A stretch of 64,000 nt of DNA, from NCBI GenBank assembly GCA_043803105.1, contig JAZDKJ010000006.1, forward strand, positions 468,671 to 532,670, given 5' to 3'. The notes below the pieces were generated by a model. The model was not told where the DNA came from, searched no databases, and was given only the letters and a program-made list of their open reading frames with translations. Source of the stretch: Candidatus Woesearchaeota archaeon. Its GTDB lineage: Archaea; Nanobdellota; Nanobdellia; Woesearchaeales; JAZDKJ01. Positions 36,278-44,979 of this stretch are shown here, in pieces. A program made the translations under genes and the position numbers. How positions within the stretch are numbered: the stretch's first letter is position 1; every line of letters starts with the position of its first letter.

Positions 36278-38467
36278 ATGCAAAAAACAGAATTCCAGGT
36301 ATCGGGTATGCATTGCGCCAGCTGCGCTGCTATCATAGACAGGGCGCTGCAAAAGACTCCTGGAGTCCTGAAATCAAACGTCAATTACGCTAACGCTAAT
36401 GCACTGGTTGTTTTTGACGAAAGTAAAGTGGATGAGCACGCTCTGATCCAGACCATAAAAAGGGCTGGATATGGCGCAGAAACTGTTGGTGCCAACACCG
36501 CAGTTGCGCAGGAAGAGCGGCAAAGATATGAATATCAGCTTACCAAGGCATATTTCTATTTTGGTTTGCTTTTTGCGATTCCCGCATTCATCATCGGCAT
36601 GGTCTTGATGTGGTTTGGCATTGACATCCCTTACAAGGGATTTATCCTTTTGCTTTTGGCCACTCCAGTCCAGTTTGTTGTTGGCTGGCAGTTTTACAGG
36701 GGTGCTTTTCATGCCCTCAGAAACAAGACAGCAAATATGGACACTCTTATCGCTGTCGGCACGAGCGCAGCCTATTTCTACAGCCTTTATGCTGTGCTTT
36801 TCGAACCAACACTTGAGCAGTATTTTGAGATTTCAGCGATCCTCATAACCCTTGTGATGATGGGAAAGCTTCTTGAGGCCCGGGCAAAAGGAAAGACCTC
36901 TGAGGCAATTAAGAAGCTTATGAGCATCGCCCCAAAAACAGCCAGGATAATTCGCAATGGCAAGGAGTCTGTTGTCGATATTGAGGAAGTCAGGCTTGCA
37001 GACATTATTGTCATCAAGCCCGGAGACCGGATTCCCGTGGATGGCAAGCTTGTTGATGGCAATTCCTCTGTTGACGAGAGCATGGTAACTGGTGAAAGCA
37101 TCCCTGTTGAGAAGAGAAAGGGTGATTTCGTCTACGCTGGGACAATAAACAAGAATGGCTCTTTTCGGTTTTCTGCTACAAAGGTGGGCAAGGACACGAC
37201 TTTGTCGAGGATTATCCAACTAATTAGGGAAGCCCAGGGCACCAAGGCGCCTATACAGCGTTTTGCTGACATGATTTCAGCATATTTCGTTCCGATTGTT
37301 ATTGGTCTTGCATTGCTGAACTTTGGTGTCTGGTTGCTCTTGATGCACAGCAGTATTTCATTCGCTCTCATCACTTCTGTTGCAGTCCTTGTGATAGCAT
37401 GTCCGTGTGCACTTGGCCTTGCCACTCCAACTGCTATAATGGTTGGGGTTGGAAAGGGCGCCCAGAATGGAATTCTTATTCGTGGTGGAGAAGCTTTAGA
37501 GACAGCCCAGAAGTTAAAATACATTGTGCTTGACAAGACCGGTGCAATAACCAAAGGCACCCCAGAGCTGACAGACATAACTCCCTTTTCAAATAATTCT
37601 CCTGATTATGTGCTGTCCCTGGCAGCATCGCTTGAGAAGGATTCTGAGCATCCATTGGCTGATGCAATAGTCAAGGCTGCAGCACAGAAAAAGCTTCGCA
37701 CCTCTGCCTTAAAAGGGTTTAAGGCTACTCCAGGCATGGGTGTTTCTGGCAAGGTGCAGGGAAAGCAGGTCTATCTTGGCAACCAAAAGCTTATGCATAA
37801 TTTTGGCATCCCTACAGCATCTGTAGACAGGCAGGCAGTAGCGCTTGAGCAAGAAGGCAAGACTGTGATGTTTGTTGCTGTTGGCAAGAAAATCATTGGG
37901 CTTGTTGCAGTGGCTGATTCTGTCAAGGATAATTCTGCGAAGGCGATAACTGCCTTAAAGAGCCTAGGTTTGCAGGTATACATGATTACTGGCGACAATG
38001 AAAGAACTGCGAAAGCTGTTGCCTCCAGGGTTGGTATAACCAATGTCTTTGCTGGCGTGCTTCCTGAAGACAAGGTGAACTATGTTAAAGAGCTGCAGAA
38101 AAAAGGCAAGGTGGCCATGGTGGGCGACGGAATAAATGATGCTCCTGCCCTTGCACAGGCTGACATCGGAATAGCCATGGGCTCAGGCACTGATGTTGCT
38201 ATGGAGACAGGAAACATTGTTCTTATGAAAAACGATCTGCTTGATGTGCCTAGGGCCATTCGGTTAAGCAAGCTTACTATGTCAAAGATAAGGCAGAACA
38301 TGTTTTGGGCCTTGATTTACAATACGCTCGGAATTCCTGTTGCTGCAGGTTTGCTGTATCCCTTCACAGGCTGGCTTCTATCTCCTGTGATTGCCGGTGC
38401 CGCAATGGCATTAAGCTCAGTCAGCGTCGTTACAAACAGCCTTCTGCTCAAAGCTAAGAGGATTTGA
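36278..38467 (+). CDS. copA: Copper-translocating P1B-type ATPase
   Basis: N-terminal HMA GMHCASCAAII, TGES, CPC (ACPCALGLATP), phosphorylation site LDKTGAITKG, SEHPLA and GDGINDAPAL. ATG 36278 lies downstream of the TATA-like ATATTTAAAT. The track's 36077 start is an upstream read-through. Confidence 0.9.
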   Translation: MQKTEFQVSGMHCASCAAIIDRALQKTPGVLKSNVNYANANALVVFDESKVDEHALIQTIKRAGYGAETVGANTAVAQEERQRYEYQLTKAYFYFGLLFAIPAFIIGMVLMWFGIDIPYKGFILLLLATPVQFVVGWQFYRGAFHALRNKTANMDTLIAVGTSAAYFYSLYAVLFEPTLEQYFEISAILITLVMMGKLLEARAKGKTSEAIKKLMSIAPKTARIIRNGKESVVDIEEVRLADIIVIKPGDRIPVDGKLVDGNSSVDESMVTGESIPVEKRKGDFVYAGTINKNGSFRFSATKVGKDTTLSRIIQLIREAQGTKAPIQRFADMISAYFVPIVIGLALLNFGVWLLLMHSSISFALITSVAVLVIACPCALGLATPTAIMVGVGKGAQNGILIRGGEALETAQKLKYIVLDKTGAITKGTPELTDITPFSNNSPDYVLSLAASLEKDSEHPLADAIVKAAAQKKLRTSALKGFKATPGMGVSGKVQGKQVYLGNQKLMHNFGIPTASVDRQAVALEQEGKTVMFVAVGKKIIGLVAVADSVKDNSAKAITALKSLGLQVYMITGDNERTAKAVASRVGITNVFAGVLPEDKVNYVKELQKKGKVAMVGDGINDAPALAQADIGIAMGSGTDVAMETGNIVLMKNDLLDVPRAIRLSKLTMSKIRQNMFWALIYNTLGIPVAAGLLYPFTGWLLSPVIAGAAMALSSVSVVTNSLLLKAKRI

Positions 38468-38843
38468 AAATCTTCCTCAGGATTGCATAGGCTGCCAAGG
38501 GAATTGCAGCATACAAGAACTTTCTTTTTTTTGTTGGTTCATTTGTTCCTGTTTTCTCCTGTGCTATTACTTTCTGTTCCAAAGAAGCTTGGACTGTTAT
38601 TTCTTGCCTGCAATTTTCTGCATTTTTCTCCAGGCTTTTTTTCGTCCTCTGTGATTGCAGCTCAAGCACTTCGTGAATGATGAGCATCTGTGTGAGCTTT
38701 CCTTGGTCTGTTAGGTAAGGGCACATCCTGTCAAACCCTGCCTTGAGCTCCTGATATTTTCTTGTCTCTCCGTACAGCACCCTTAACTTTGCAAAGAGGT
38801 CTTTTTCAACAGCGTTTAGATTTTTTTCGTCCTCTTCCATCAC
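38454..38843 (-). CDS. Hypothetical tail-anchored protein
   Basis: C-terminal TM helix FLYAAIPLAAYAILRKIF. No motif recognised. Confidence 0.4.
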   Translation of the reverse strand: MMEEDEKNLNAVEKDLFAKLRVLYGETRKYQELKAGFDRMCPYLTDQGKLTQMLIIHEVLELQSQRTKKSLEKNAENCRQEITVQASLEQKVIAQEKTGTNEPTKKRKFLYAAIPLAAYAILRKIFKSS

Positions 38844-38924
38844 GCTTCTCTGCCTTAACGATTATTTAAGTTTATATGAAGGCAAAGCAATATATTTATA
38901 AGGACACATTTGTTGCTTCTGGCC

Positions 38925-40085
38925 ATGAACATTGCTGTAGTTTGTGATTCCTTGACTTTCATGAAATCCGGTAATATTGTTTCTACCTTGAGGTTTGCAG
39001 AGCTTTTGAATCGAAGGGGTCATAAGATCGTATTTATCTCTTCCAAGGATGGGAACAAAGACAGCTTGACTTTCCTCAAAGGCATGAAGGTCTATAGGTT
39101 TTTTTCCATGCCTCTGCCAGGCAGCTCAGGTCAATACCATGTTTCCTTGCCCACAGTCTCCAAGCTGAGAAAGGTTTTGGTTGACGAAAAGATCGAGCTT
39201 GTTCATCTGATTGACCCGACCTTGGCAAGCCTTGTTGCCATTCGGGCAGCAGGCCAGCTGGGAATAAAGAAGGTTGCCCATGGCCATACTCAACCTGAAA
39301 ACCTTTATATGCAGCTGCCAAAAATATTCAGGCCGCACAGGCTAACCCCTTTGATATACTGGTTGATGCTTGAAGTGTATCATAGGTCAGATGCTCTTGT
39401 TTGCCCCTCAGAATTCGCTGGTTGCTTGTTAAGAAAACAAGACCCAAAATTGGAGTACTCGGTAATCAGCAATGGTGTTGACTTGAAAAGGTTTAGGAAA
39501 AGCTCTCCTGTCTCTTTCATGAAAAAATACGGACTTTCAACTGAGCATAAGCACCTCTTGTTTGTTGGCAGGCTAAGTGCTGAGAAGAACATCGAAACAC
39601 TTATAAGAGCCATGCCTCATATATTATCAGGGCTCAAGGACGCACATTTGGTCATTGTAGGTTCAGGAAAGGAAAGGCCTAAGCTCGAGTCTTTGGTAAA
39701 TAGGTTGGGGCTTAAGGGCAAGGTAGATTTCCTAGGTCGCATTCCTGACGAAGAGCTTCATCTTGCTTACAACGCCGCTTGCATCTTTGTTTTGCCGTCT
39801 ATGGCAGAGCTTGAGGGCATGGTTGTCCTTGAAGCTATGGCTTGTGGTAAGCCAATCCTGGTGGCAAATTCAAGGAATAGTGCTTCAGTCGAATTGGTTC
39901 AGGGGAACGGTTTTGCTTTCAAGCCAAAAGATCCAAAGGATTTGGCCTCAAAGGCACTGATTCTGCTCACTGACCAAAAGCTTATGTCTAAGATGAGTAA
40001 GCAGAGTTTGAGGAACAGTAAGCATTATGATATCAGTAATAGTGTTACCAAGCTTGAGAAGCTTTTTGTTAAGGTTATATCTTAG
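38925..40085 (+). CDS. Glycosyltransferase family 4
   Basis: FVGRLSAEKN and SMAELEGMVVLEAMACGKPIL. Confidence 0.85.
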   Translation: MNIAVVCDSLTFMKSGNIVSTLRFAELLNRRGHKIVFISSKDGNKDSLTFLKGMKVYRFFSMPLPGSSGQYHVSLPTVSKLRKVLVDEKIELVHLIDPTLASLVAIRAAGQLGIKKVAHGHTQPENLYMQLPKIFRPHRLTPLIYWLMLEVYHRSDALVCPSEFAGCLLRKQDPKLEYSVISNGVDLKRFRKSSPVSFMKKYGLSTEHKHLLFVGRLSAEKNIETLIRAMPHILSGLKDAHLVIVGSGKERPKLESLVNRLGLKGKVDFLGRIPDEELHLAYNAACIFVLPSMAELEGMVVLEAMACGKPILVANSRNSASVELVQGNGFAFKPKDPKDLASKALILLTDQKLMSKMSKQSLRNSKHYDISNSVTKLEKLFVKVIS

Positions 40086-40680
40086 TTCTTTCTATCTTAG
40101 TGAACCATTTCTTCAGGAATTTCTGGTACATAAACCAGCCCACAATAATAAGCACCATTAAGCCGATAACTGAGACCTCAACGTAGTTTGTGACCCTCGC
40201 CACTGCGTTGAAAGCAACCCCTGTGTAAAACCCGACAGCAGTGTAGAATATTCCCATCAGCAGGCTTATCAATACCGAGTAAAACAAGAACTTTTTCATT
40301 TGTACTCCTGCCGCTCCTGCCGCAATCAATCCTGGAAGTGGCAATGGGGGGATCACCTTGATAATGGACATCGCCTTCCCAGTGTGTTTCTTTAGTCCTC
40401 TTTCCATCTTGATAAACATTGATTTTTTAACATTGAACATCTTGATGTATTTTTCCAGTATGCTCTTTCTGCTAATCGAGCCCACCCAATAATAGACCAG
40501 GTCTCCAGCAACATTGGCAGCTGTTGATAAGGCAAGAATAATGTAGACATTGAATATCCCTAAGGACGCTGCGAATCCTGCAGCTGCTGTGACAACTGGC
40601 CCTTCAATGAACATAAGCACGAAGATTATAACATAGCCTTCCCTTTGGATTGTCGACAGGACAGCTTGGAAGGTGCTCAT
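40075..40680 (-). CDS. DedA/VTT-family membrane protein
   Basis: GYVIIFVLMFIEGPVVTAAAGFAASLG with multiple TM helices. Its ATG overlaps the upstream stop (ATGA). Confidence 0.7.
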   Translation of the reverse strand: MSTFQAVLSTIQREGYVIIFVLMFIEGPVVTAAAGFAASLGIFNVYIILALSTAANVAGDLVYYWVGSISRKSILEKYIKMFNVKKSMFIKMERGLKKHTGKAMSIIKVIPPLPLPGLIAAGAAGVQMKKFLFYSVLISLLMGIFYTAVGFYTGVAFNAVARVTNYVEVSVIGLMVLIIVGWFMYQKFLKKWFTKIERTKI

Positions 40681-41261
40681 TTTTGTGTGGCTCTCAATAC
40701 TGCCTTCTGCAATAGGTTTGTTGGAATAACCAATAGGAAAAAGGATAGCGGCAGCCAAATGAAACTGTACAAGGGTGGAGTGTATCCCAAAAAGTTTGAG
40801 TTGTAAACATAATTTACGTTTCTATTGGCTGGTGTTAAGATGAGGGATGCAATGAACATCACCAACAAAATCGCGCTAGAGTAGGCAATCGTATTTCCAT
40901 CAGCTTCGTAGCAGTAAGTTAGGTAAAACACACAAGTTAGGAGCAGGTGCAGAACAAAGGACACTACTGCGTAAAATATTCCATATGAAAATATTCCCGA
41001 AAAACCCCAATAATTGAAGCCGAAGAATAATTCGCCAAAAAAATTGAAAAGAAAGATTATCTGGCTTATTAGACCTAAATTAATCACTGCCTTCATAAAA
41101 GCCATGCTGTCAAACATAATCGCTAAAACCAACAGCATCGGTGCAAAGTCACAGAACCAAACGAAGGAAACATAGTCAGAAACTAGCACATTCCTGATTA
41201 TGACTAGTATCTGCAATCCAACAAAGACCCCTATCCAATATTTTTTATTTTCCTCAAGCAT
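40677..41261 (-). CDS. Polytopic membrane protein, unknown function
   Basis: Six or more hydrophobic helices. No motif recognised. Confidence 0.5.
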   Translation of the reverse strand: MLEENKKYWIGVFVGLQILVIIRNVLVSDYVSFVWFCDFAPMLLVLAIMFDSMAFMKAVINLGLISQIIFLFNFFGELFFGFNYWGFSGIFSYGIFYAVVSFVLHLLLTCVFYLTYCYEADGNTIAYSSAILLVMFIASLILTPANRNVNYVYNSNFLGYTPPLYSFIWLPLSFFLLVIPTNLLQKAVLRATQK

Positions 41262-41314
41262 GGTTTCAGAATCATAAAAGCTTACGACTTTTGTGTTAAT
41301 AAATGTTCGTAAAT

Positions 41315-41326
41315 ATGCGAGGGGAG
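41315..41326. repeat. att-like direct repeat, distal copy
   Basis: ATGCGAGGGGAG, identical to 52660-52671. Confidence 0.6.
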
Positions 41327-41416
41327 CGCAATAACCGTATAGTTTAATGCGTCTTCTTTTTCTTTATATACTTTTGCTTCTGTTGTTTTGCAGTATAGAA
41401 AAACTTAAATACTTAC

Positions 41417-41437
41417 TTATCTGATAATATCAGATAA
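41417..41437. promoter_or_regulatory. Perfect 21-bp palindrome (putative operator) between the TATA box and the first element gene
   Basis: TTATCTGATA-A-TATCAGATAA. Lies downstream of ACTTAAATACTT and 20 nt upstream of the ATG at 41458. Confidence 0.5.
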
Positions 41438-41457
41438 AGCATTTAGAGGTCAAAAAA

Positions 41458-41889
41458 ATGGTTCTGGAAATAAAAAAAGAGAAACACAAGTTTGAGGCCA
41501 CAATCACCAGGAACGGAACAAGCCTGTGCATCAACATCCCTGCCAGGCTGACAAGAAAGCTGCCCTTAAATGTTGGGGACGACGTTGATATTGAACTGTC
41601 CCGACACTATATTGAATTGCAACAGGACACTTATGACTTCTTGGCTTTGCTCCAGCACAAACCAGAAGTTAAAGGGTATAGTAAGGTTGAACTTTTGTCC
41701 TACATGGTTCTCAAACATGGAGCTGCAAAAGACCACAAGCAATTCTCTGAAGTGCTGGATGGGTTTACTGCAACAGACAAAAAACGCCTGCTGGAACTAG
41801 ACAAATTGCACCTTAACATAGGCTTGACAGAAGTCCCAGAGAAAGCTGAACAGAACACCAAGGCAACACCTGACAAAAAGGAGAGGTGA
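41458..41889 (+). CDS. AbrB/SpoVT-like DNA-binding protein (element regulator candidate)
   Basis: N-terminal NGTSLCINIPARLTRKLPLNVGDDVDIEL resembles a swapped-hairpin barrel. Confidence 0.4.
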   Translation: MVLEIKKEKHKFEATITRNGTSLCINIPARLTRKLPLNVGDDVDIELSRHYIELQQDTYDFLALLQHKPEVKGYSKVELLSYMVLKHGAAKDHKQFSEVLDGFTATDKKRLLELDKLHLNIGLTEVPEKAEQNTKATPDKKER

Positions 41890-42779
41890 CCAAGATGTTA
41901 TGCCAAAACCACGTCCAACCAGAAGTTTTCGCTAAAGAAAAAGCTGCCGTCATCTACAAAGAAGTGGTGGACGAAAGAGGCCGATTCATCAGGCCGGAAG
42001 AGTTCCAGTGGCTACTGGCCTACTTCAGAGACAGATACGACCCCAGAAGGCTAGTCCTGGCCTTAACCTACTGCGTCGGGCTAAGGATCCATGATGCCAC
42101 GAGGATTCGCATAAACAATTTCAACGAGGACTTTACCTACATGCGCATGCAGCAATGCAAAGCGCATGTGGTCAAAAAAAATGGTTTGACCAGGGTAACT
42201 TCCAAAACCAAAAACCACCCTTTGCCCGAATGGTTAAGTGCTGACATTCGAGGTTACGCTCAGTACCGGCTAGCAGTAGGCCACTACTTGAAAGTCGGCT
42301 GCGATAGCAAAAGACTGTTCCCCTCAGTGGAAAAAAGACAATTCTACTGCTTATTTGACAAACTCCGCAAGCGATATGGTGACGAACAACCGTGGCTCAG
42401 AGAAATTTGGTACATCGAAAAAAGATACGCTGCTGATGGACGGCTTATCGTCACAATCCCGAAGTTCAGAGTTGCCCCGCATATGGGCCGGGCCATGCAT
42501 GCTTGCGCTGCCAGAGCCGTCTGTGACGGCGACCTCTCAAGTGCTCGGCTGATAACCGGCCATAATGAGATGAAAGACATCCAGAGGTACACCCGGTACT
42601 CAGAGGTGGATGCCAAGAAGCAGGAGCTCGTTGACAGGTTTATGACTCCATTAAACCAAGTGCAGCCAATTCCTTTAACTAAAGACCAGAGAACCCTTGA
42701 AACTTTTGGCTTCCCAAAATTCAGGTTCATGGAAAATCCTTCAACAAAAGAAGGAAAAAACATAATAAGCCACAATTAA
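41886..42779 (+). CDS. Tyrosine recombinase-like protein
   Basis: Candidate catalytic residues in order: VGLRIHDATRI (Arg), APHMGRAMHA (His-x-x-Arg), ITGHNEMKDIQRYTRY (His, Tyr). Confidence 0.55.
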   Translation: MTKMLCQNHVQPEVFAKEKAAVIYKEVVDERGRFIRPEEFQWLLAYFRDRYDPRRLVLALTYCVGLRIHDATRIRINNFNEDFTYMRMQQCKAHVVKKNGLTRVTSKTKNHPLPEWLSADIRGYAQYRLAVGHYLKVGCDSKRLFPSVEKRQFYCLFDKLRKRYGDEQPWLREIWYIEKRYAADGRLIVTIPKFRVAPHMGRAMHACAARAVCDGDLSSARLITGHNEMKDIQRYTRYSEVDAKKQELVDRFMTPLNQVQPIPLTKDQRTLETFGFPKFRFMENPSTKEGKNIISHN

Positions 42780-42968
42780 CCATTTTTGCGATGTCCGATC
42801 AAGAAGCAAAGCGCAGAGTAGCCAAAGCGCGGGACAAGCTCACAACAGAAGAGCAAAATATAATCAAACTCATTGGATGGGCCCCAGAAGAAGAATAGCA
42901 AGAATACAAGGCCTTGCTAACATTAGAACTTGTCAAATAGCAAAATATATTAAGACGTAAACAATTGG

Positions 42969-43373
42969 TTAAGTCATGGAAGTAACAACCAGAAACCAAG
43001 AGCTAACCCTAAAAGTGTTTCTTTTGCTGATTGCAGCACTTGAAGCCACTGGTTGGGGATTGTTTTTGGCCATGAAGTGGTCTATTGAGCTCTGGCTTAA
43101 GTAAGCCAACTCTGCCGGGAAGTCCGGCAATCTTTTCTTCAGTAAACCTTTGTGCAAATTACAATATACAAATCCGTATATTTTTGTTTGGGTTGGATGC
43201 AACGCCAGGAAGTGCCTACAAAACGGCTCTAGTATATCCCAAGGTATACTTTCTAGCCCTTCCAGGTTATACTTTTTGTGCCTGTTTTTCCAAATCCTGA
43301 GCCTTATCGCGCAGTCTGGCCTTAACCTCAGACCTTTGTAGCGTCTGAAAGTAAACTGCCAATTCTTCATCAT
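42969..43373 (-). CDS. Hypothetical protein (start uncertain)
   Basis: Track ORF. Its 5' 107 nt overlap 43267..43551 in another frame, so the real extent is unclear. Confidence 0.3.
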   Translation of the reverse strand: MMKNWQFTFRRYKGLRLRPDCAIRLRIWKNRHKKYNLEGLESIPWDILEPFCRHFLALHPTQTKIYGFVYCNLHKGLLKKRLPDFPAELAYLSQSSIDHFMAKNNPQPVASSAAISKRNTFRVSSWFLVVTSMT

Positions 43374-43551
43374 TCAGGCCAGCATATACCTTTTGAGGAT
43401 TCTTGACAGCAGACAGGGCTAGGGTTATACTGAACTTCAAAGCCTTTGGAAAGTCACCATAGACCCCTGTTATTCCCATCAAAGAGGCCATCTCCTTGAC
43501 AGCAGCCTCTTCTTGCTCATTAAACGATATTGGAATCTTCTTCTGACTCAT
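43267..43551 (-). CDS. Hypothetical small protein, possibly RHH-like
   Basis: KKIPISFNEQEEAAVKEMASLMG has a beta-strand/helix pattern. Confidence 0.4.
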   Translation of the reverse strand: MSQKKIPISFNEQEEAAVKEMASLMGITGVYGDFPKALKFSITLALSAVKNPQKVYAGLNDEELAVYFQTLQRSEVKARLRDKAQDLEKQAQKV

Positions 43552-43563
43552 TGTGTAACCTCA

Positions 43564-43857
43564 TTAAGAATAGTTGAACCTCACGCCCCTCTTTGCCCTT
43601 CTTTCGTAAGTCCTGGCTCTCTTAGGACCCATCTTTCGATAACTGAAATACTTGGCAGTCCTTCTCAGCTTGCCCTTGGTCCTGTGAACTCGCAAGTTAT
43701 CCTTTTGAACATAGCTCTGCAACCTGTGTCTCAAGACTCTGGAACGACCAACATAAACCCTGCGCTTGTGCCGGTCATACAAAGAATACACTCCGGACCT
43801 GTTGGGAATCCTATCAGCTTTCTCCAAATTTCCCCGGGTTAATCGGCGAAGTCTCAT
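43564..43857 (-). CDS. GIY-YIG nuclease-domain protein
   Basis: SGVYSLYDRHKRRVYVGRSRVLRHRLQSY. Confidence 0.65.
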   Translation of the reverse strand: MRLRRLTRGNLEKADRIPNRSGVYSLYDRHKRRVYVGRSRVLRHRLQSYVQKDNLRVHRTKGKLRRTAKYFSYRKMGPKRARTYERRAKRGVRFNYS

Positions 43858-44183
43858 GGAACTAAATTGTGAGGGGGCGAGGTGAGACTTTCCCCCTCAC
43901 CTAAGGCTGGTGATGTTTTAATCTGTTCAGCATGACACACGAAGGTCTTACGGCCTTGGAACACTTTCTTGAGCCGGACTTCCAGGCAGCCAAGGCTTAT
44001 TTCTGGACCTATAAACTGGGCCGGAGAGGACAGGAACAGTTTGTCCGGCAACTCAACAGGATCCTTGGGGTTGCTGATGTCAAAGAGTCGTATCTGAAAA
44101 GCAAAGGCCAGCTTTCTTTTGGTGTCCTGTTCAACCATGGAAGGCCCCTCCGATTTGATGAGATAACCGGATAACACCATCAA
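43854..44183 (-). CDS. Hypothetical protein
   Basis: Overlaps the downstream gene by 4 nt. No motif recognised. Confidence 0.4.
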   Translation of the reverse strand: MMVLSGYLIKSEGPSMVEQDTKRKLAFAFQIRLFDISNPKDPVELPDKLFLSSPAQFIGPEISLGCLEVRLKKVFQGRKTFVCHAEQIKTSPALGEGESLTSPPHNLVP

Positions 44184-44346
44184 CAGTAATCTGCCACAGG
44201 TCAGCAGCCCAACTTACCACCAGTTCAATATACTGGGAATAAACAAAGGGTTGGGTCTCTTTCAAATAAAAGATGTAAAGGACACCAACAATCATACCAA
44301 GGAAAACAAAGAACCAGACCAAATGCTTGTAACGAAAAATTGGCAT
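44131..44346 (-). CDS. Small membrane protein
   Basis: TM helix LVWFFVFLGMIVGVLYIFYL. Confidence 0.35.
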   Translation of the reverse strand: MPIFRYKHLVWFFVFLGMIVGVLYIFYLKETQPFVYSQYIELVVSWAADLWQITVDGVIRLSHQIGGAFHG

Positions 44347-44361
44347 GAAATAGAAGCAAGG

Positions 44362-44619
44362 CTAGTGCTTTATTTGAGTTTGTTTAACAAGATAGGCAAG
44401 CTGCCGTTTAACCGCAACAATATCGGAGTGTAAAGAATCAACCTTCTGATTCAGCTCCTCAAGTTCGACGCGCCTATGGTCTAGCAAATCCCCTGCGCTG
44501 GCGATCAACCACCTTAAGAGGTCTGACTGATTTAAACGCTTAGTCTCTGCTAGTTGCTTGAACGCTTGCAGTTCTCGGTCACGCAATCTGCAAGCAACAA
44601 AGCCATCGTTCAGGCTCAT
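44362..44619 (-). CDS. Small DNA-binding-like protein
   Basis: LQAFKQLAETKRLNQSDLLRWLIASA helical pattern followed by a coiled-coil tail. Confidence 0.4.
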   Translation of the reverse strand: MSLNDGFVACRLRDRELQAFKQLAETKRLNQSDLLRWLIASAGDLLDHRRVELEELNQKVDSLHSDIVAVKRQLAYLVKQTQIKH

Positions 44620-44864
44620 TACTTCAGAATCCCCTTGAGTTTCAATTCGTCTAGCAAAAGCTTCCCGGCCTTGACTAATCGCATCAGCTCTCTAGGCTTG
44701 CACTGGATTGAAGGCTGCTTCCATCGACCCTTCCAGTAGTAGGACTTTGAAAGCTGGCACATCCCCCGGTTCTTCCAGTAGCAGGCTTGAGCATTCTTGA
44801 CCCTATAATCAAAGTCTGGCTTTGTTGTATTAATGTCTTCTTTATTCATTGTGTAACCTCTCAA
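44619..44864 (-). CDS. Hypothetical small protein, first gene after the iteron region
   Basis: Track ORF. Its stop abuts the start of the next gene. Confidence 0.4.
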   Translation of the reverse strand: MRGYTMNKEDINTTKPDFDYRVKNAQACYWKNRGMCQLSKSYYWKGRWKQPSIQCKPRELMRLVKAGKLLLDELKLKGILK

Positions 44865-44869
44865 AGCTA

Positions 44870-44926
44870 ATACGTAATATACGTAAGATACGTAGAGATA
44901 CTTATGGTACGTATTGTCATCGTAAG
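44870..44926. repeat. Iteron-like array of TACGTA-containing 9-10 bp units
   Basis: TACGTA at 44871, 44880, 44889 and 44908. Degenerate copies TACTTA at 44899 and TCGTAA at 44920. Confidence 0.6.
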
Positions 44927-44979
44927 ATTAATGCGGACATAATATATCAAATGCCGTAAGGATTTAAGCATCATTCTTG

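Noticed and set aside
36166-38301. Many track ORFs lie antisense to, or out of frame with, strong genes. Examples: the minus-strand ORFs inside copA, 472..771, 944..1264, 2068..2628, 6388..7150, 21461..22247, 47068..48336 and 51298..52521.
   Set aside because: They overlap long ORFs with clear family motifs on the other strand or frame, have low-complexity or odd composition and lack promoter or SD context. They were treated as shadow ORFs.
43868-43900. 9-bp-stem hairpin GTGAGGGGG...CCCCCTCAC at the junction of two element genes.
   Set aside because: It lies within coding sequence at a 4-nt gene overlap. No evidence it is more than a coincidental or translational-coupling structure.
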